This document shows, piece after piece, positions 60,102 through 64,000 of a DNA stretch of 64,000 bases. How positions within the stretch are numbered: position 1 is the first letter of the stretch; each line of letters starts with the position of its first letter. Both the position numbers and the translations under genes were made by a program. This DNA comes from the human T2T-CHM13v2.0 reference genome, Homo sapiens, in NCBI RefSeq assembly GCF_009914755.1, contig NC_060946.1, one strand, 5' to 3'. Below the pieces are notes generated by a model, which was not told the DNA's origin, did no database searches, and saw nothing but the letters and a program-made list of their open reading frames with translations.

Positions 60102-60866
60102 CTTTTTTAAATTTTTATATATTTTTTTTTTATTATACTTTAAGTTCTAGGGTACACATGCACAATGTGCAGGTTTGTTGCATATGTATACATGTGCCAT
60201 GTTGGTGTTCTGCACCCATTAACTCATCATTCATATTAGGCATATCTCCTAATGCTATCGCTCCCCCCTCCCCCCACCCCACAACTGGCCCCGGTGTGTG
60301 ATGTTCCTCTTCCTGAGTCCAAGTGTTCTCATTGTTCAATTCCCACCTACGAGTGAGAACATGTGGTGTTTGGTTTTTTGTCCTTGCGGTAGTTTGCTGA
60401 GAATGATGGTTTCCAGCTTCATCCATGTCCCTACAAAGGACATGAACTCATCATTTTTTATGGATGCATAGTATTCCATGGTGTATATGTGCCACATTTT
60501 CTTCATCCAGTCTATCATTTTTGGACATTTGGGTTGGTTCCAAGTCTTTGCTATTGTGAATAGTGCCACAATAAACATACGTGTGCATGTGTCTTTATAG
60601 CAGCATGATTTATAGTCCTTTGGGTATATACCCAGTAGTGGGATGGCTGGGTCAAATGGTATTTCTAGTTCTAGATCCCTGAGGAATCGCCACACTGACT
60701 TCCACAATGGTTGAACTAGTTTACAGTCCCACCAACAGTGTGAAAGTGTTCCTATTTCTCCACATCCTCTCCAGCACCTGTTGTTTCCTGACTTTTTAAT
60801 GATCGCCATTCTAACTGGTGTGAGATGGTATCTCATTGTGGTTTTGATTTGCATTTCTCTGATGGG
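60102..60866 (-). mobile_element. 5'-truncated young L1PA (L1PA3-5-like)
   Basis: Open ORF2 C-terminus [31 protein letters not shown]...; TSD tctatttcttt (60091-60101, 60867-60877) at an endonuclease-type site. Confidence 0.97.
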
Positions 60867-62847
60867 TCTATTTCTTTAAAACAAAGGGAGGGGAGTCTCT
60901 CATTTACATTAGTTTTTTTCATAGCCTTTTGGACTTTGCAATTTCTATGTTTTGGAACCTATTTCTTACAGTTTTTCTATGCTAAACTCTGTCCTGGTCA
61001 GTTCCAGAGTGTATGAAGAACCAAATGGTGTAATTGTATGCCACCTGGCTGTAGTGGAACAAGTTTGACTCTTAAGTATGCAGGCTCTAATTTTGCTGTC
61101 TGGTTTCGGTAAGTATTCCTTACACAGGTTTTTTCTTTGAAAATCTGGGTTTGAGAGGTTGATGAATGAAAATTAATCCTTTCACTTTGTTGTATATAGG
61201 TTTGCAATAATTAGGTCAGAGTGGAGTTTTAAGGTCATGAAGGGGGCTGATGACTTACAACTAATGGGCTCTGATTGGGCAACTACTCATCTGAGTTCCT
61301 TCCATTTGACCTAATTAAGCTTGTGAAATATACACTAAGCCATGAGCTCATCTTTAAAAAGTTTTATTAAAAGATTTTCAGCTGTTCCAAATGGGACTTA
61401 TTAGTGGAATGTGTTTTAAAGGATCATATCAGATGAATGAAAGGTATTTGATCCTTTCTTTCCTTAATAATAAAATGATGGTTTGGAAAAATAGGCTACA
61501 GTCTAACCACAGTGCTATTATTAGGCTTTCTTGTTAAACATAGGTCTAAGCCTAAGTATGTCAATACAACCAATACTTACTGTTTCATTTCTAGTAATGA
61601 AAAAAAAAAGAAGTCTTTTCTGGCATAAGGATGATTTTCATCTGGTTATTTTGAAACATTTTTGTAAAATAAGTTTACATCTATAAAGAACATTTTTATT
61701 TGTAAGGAGGGGTATGTCTCTGTGCACTGGAAGAGAGGGAGGACTAAATCACTGGGAAGTCTTATGATAAAGAAGCCATTGGCTTAAATCTGCAAAGCAA
61801 GCCATCCCTTGGTTTAAGGTGTTTTTCCTGGCCATCCTGTCTTGACTAGAACTTTACCTACACCTTCCTTTTTGGTTTAGGCAATTATAGTATCTAAACC
61901 TGAAGTCTCAGCTCTGTGTCTTTGAGATATAAATGTTCTACCATGTCTTCTCTGGAACCTGATAACTATCTATCTCTTTAAAATGCAAGTCTAGGGAGAT
62001 GACTCATCAGAAAAAGAAGAAAAAAGAGGTATTTGGAAATTGTGCAAATTAAAGCAGCCCCTGATGCCAAAGTCTACACATTCCTGAGTGAGTCAGTTCT
62101 GGCCAGTTCTAGCTGGATCAAGAGAGCTCTGCTGGGCAGGCCTGAAGAGCAGCTGGATGGCAGACACCTGAGGAGCCAGGTGCCTGAAACTTCCTCCACC
62201 TTCTTGAGGAGCACCAAAGCCCAGGTGCTGGCTGGACAACCCCTTCTGGCTGCCTAAGCAGGTGGCAGAAGAAGGAAACAAGGTCAGAGGCAGAGTATTG
62301 AACCCTGCCTCCCAGGTGGGTGGAAGATGCCTCTCGCCAAACTAGGGCCCAGCTTGCCGGGTGAGGTGGGTGAACTGGTGATCCCCCGAGAGAGTGGACG
62401 TCAGAACTTCATGGTCCCAGACTTCACCTTGGCCAGCGAAGGAGAGAGAGTGTTAATGTTAACTGCAGGAGGCCCACTCTAGCCTTAAATTCTGTAATTC
62501 AAACCATTCCCTTGGAGACAAAACAAACATGACAAGGAATTCTGAGGTCAGGGGACAAGAATAGCAAGTTCCCTAGTGGGAGACTGAGGAGGCAGTGTCC
62601 TTTCTGCCCTTGGTCTACTGGCTAAGAACCTTCCTCAGCCTGACCTTTCCACGTTGCACTTTCAGCTCTGTTTGCAATTTTCCTCCTTTAGTGCTGAGGG
62701 AATCCCAGTGTTCGATTCTGAAATCTATACGTTCCTAATGGGTGGTTAAAAAAAACCTCAGCAAGAGAAGCAGAAAATGTTTCCTCTTCCTGAAAACTGT
62801 AGAAAGGCAGGCACCATTCTGGGTGGGACATGGTCCTTGCAAAAGTC

Positions 62848-63198
<351 letters not shown>

Positions 63199-64000
63199 TA
63201 GGAAAGTTAGAAAGTAAAGGATAATGTATATAGAAAGCTTTTTGAAGACTCTTAAGAAGTTCATAAATATGGGGCACTATGACTATGCATATGAAAATAT
63301 TTCCTATCAGTTGGCAGTTACCACCTCTTATAGTGGCATGGAACCTCTTGAGTTAAACCAAGGCTCAGTGAGATTTGGTGATTTAGGTAGTGTCATTTTA
63401 TGAACAAGGAGGACCCTACTCAGGTCTTTTATTTTATTATACTTCTCTTTGACATTCACTCCAGTTAAAGAACTCTTTCAAAAGACCTCATGACTGGTCT
63501 CACAGAGATTCAAAGGTGTTTGAGTCCTTCCTTATTATGCCCTTGGAAGATGCTTTGAGGACCCCAGTGATGAATCCCAAGTACTCTGTCTCCATTATCC
63601 CTGGTATAGGGCACCTCATCACTCTGGTGTTATCCCTGAAGGGCCTTCATAATAATGTGCTTAAAGAGTCCCCTATTATGTCCTTCAGGATGGAGCTTGA
63701 CTTGCCCAAATTGCTATGTACATGTTAAAGAGAGGCTGGAACTGAAGTTGGTCATTTCTCACTGGATCAGTCAACAAGATTTGAGTACTTTCTGTGTGCT
63801 CTGCATCATTCTGAGTACTCTGGGGGACAGAATAAGGCATGGCTCCTGCCTTCAAGGAGTATGGAATTTAATAGAAGATGACAACATACATGATCGTAAA
63901 TCTATCTACATGAGAGTGCCTAATTGTGAGATTCCTAATAAACGGCAAGATATGTTCTGAAAATGTGAAACATAAATGAGGTTGAAGAAATTGTGAAAAG

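Noticed and set aside
60336-60854. 172-aa intact ORF
   Set aside because: C-terminus of L1 ORF2 in a 5'-truncated, promoterless copy.

Overview
Human (or great-ape) genomic DNA. The gene content matches the 22q11.1 pericentromeric XKR3 locus, recognised from memory rather than by search. From left to right the window holds: (1) the first coding exon and candidate 5'-UTR exons of XKR3 (minus strand); (2) a two-exon, disabled HSFY copy (HSFY1P1) head-to-head with XKR3; (3) a ~4.1-kb diverged inverted duplication (8387-12522 vs 25814-30004) bracketing both promoters; (4) a GPM6B terminal-exon fragment that retains its intron acceptor; (5) a GC-rich island (36781-39110) with four phase-compatible exons of a transmembrane-protein gene remnant resembling mouse Gm9195 / zebrafish si:ch211-286b4.4; (6) a KRAB-ZNF retrocopy lacking the KRAB-B exon, cut off by an antisense ZNF532 retrocopy; (7) dense Alu, L1, MaLR and ERV1 repeats throughout. 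Most ORFs in the supplied track are repeat-derived or antisense artefacts. Repeat subfamily calls, repeat boundaries and identity estimates are by eye.
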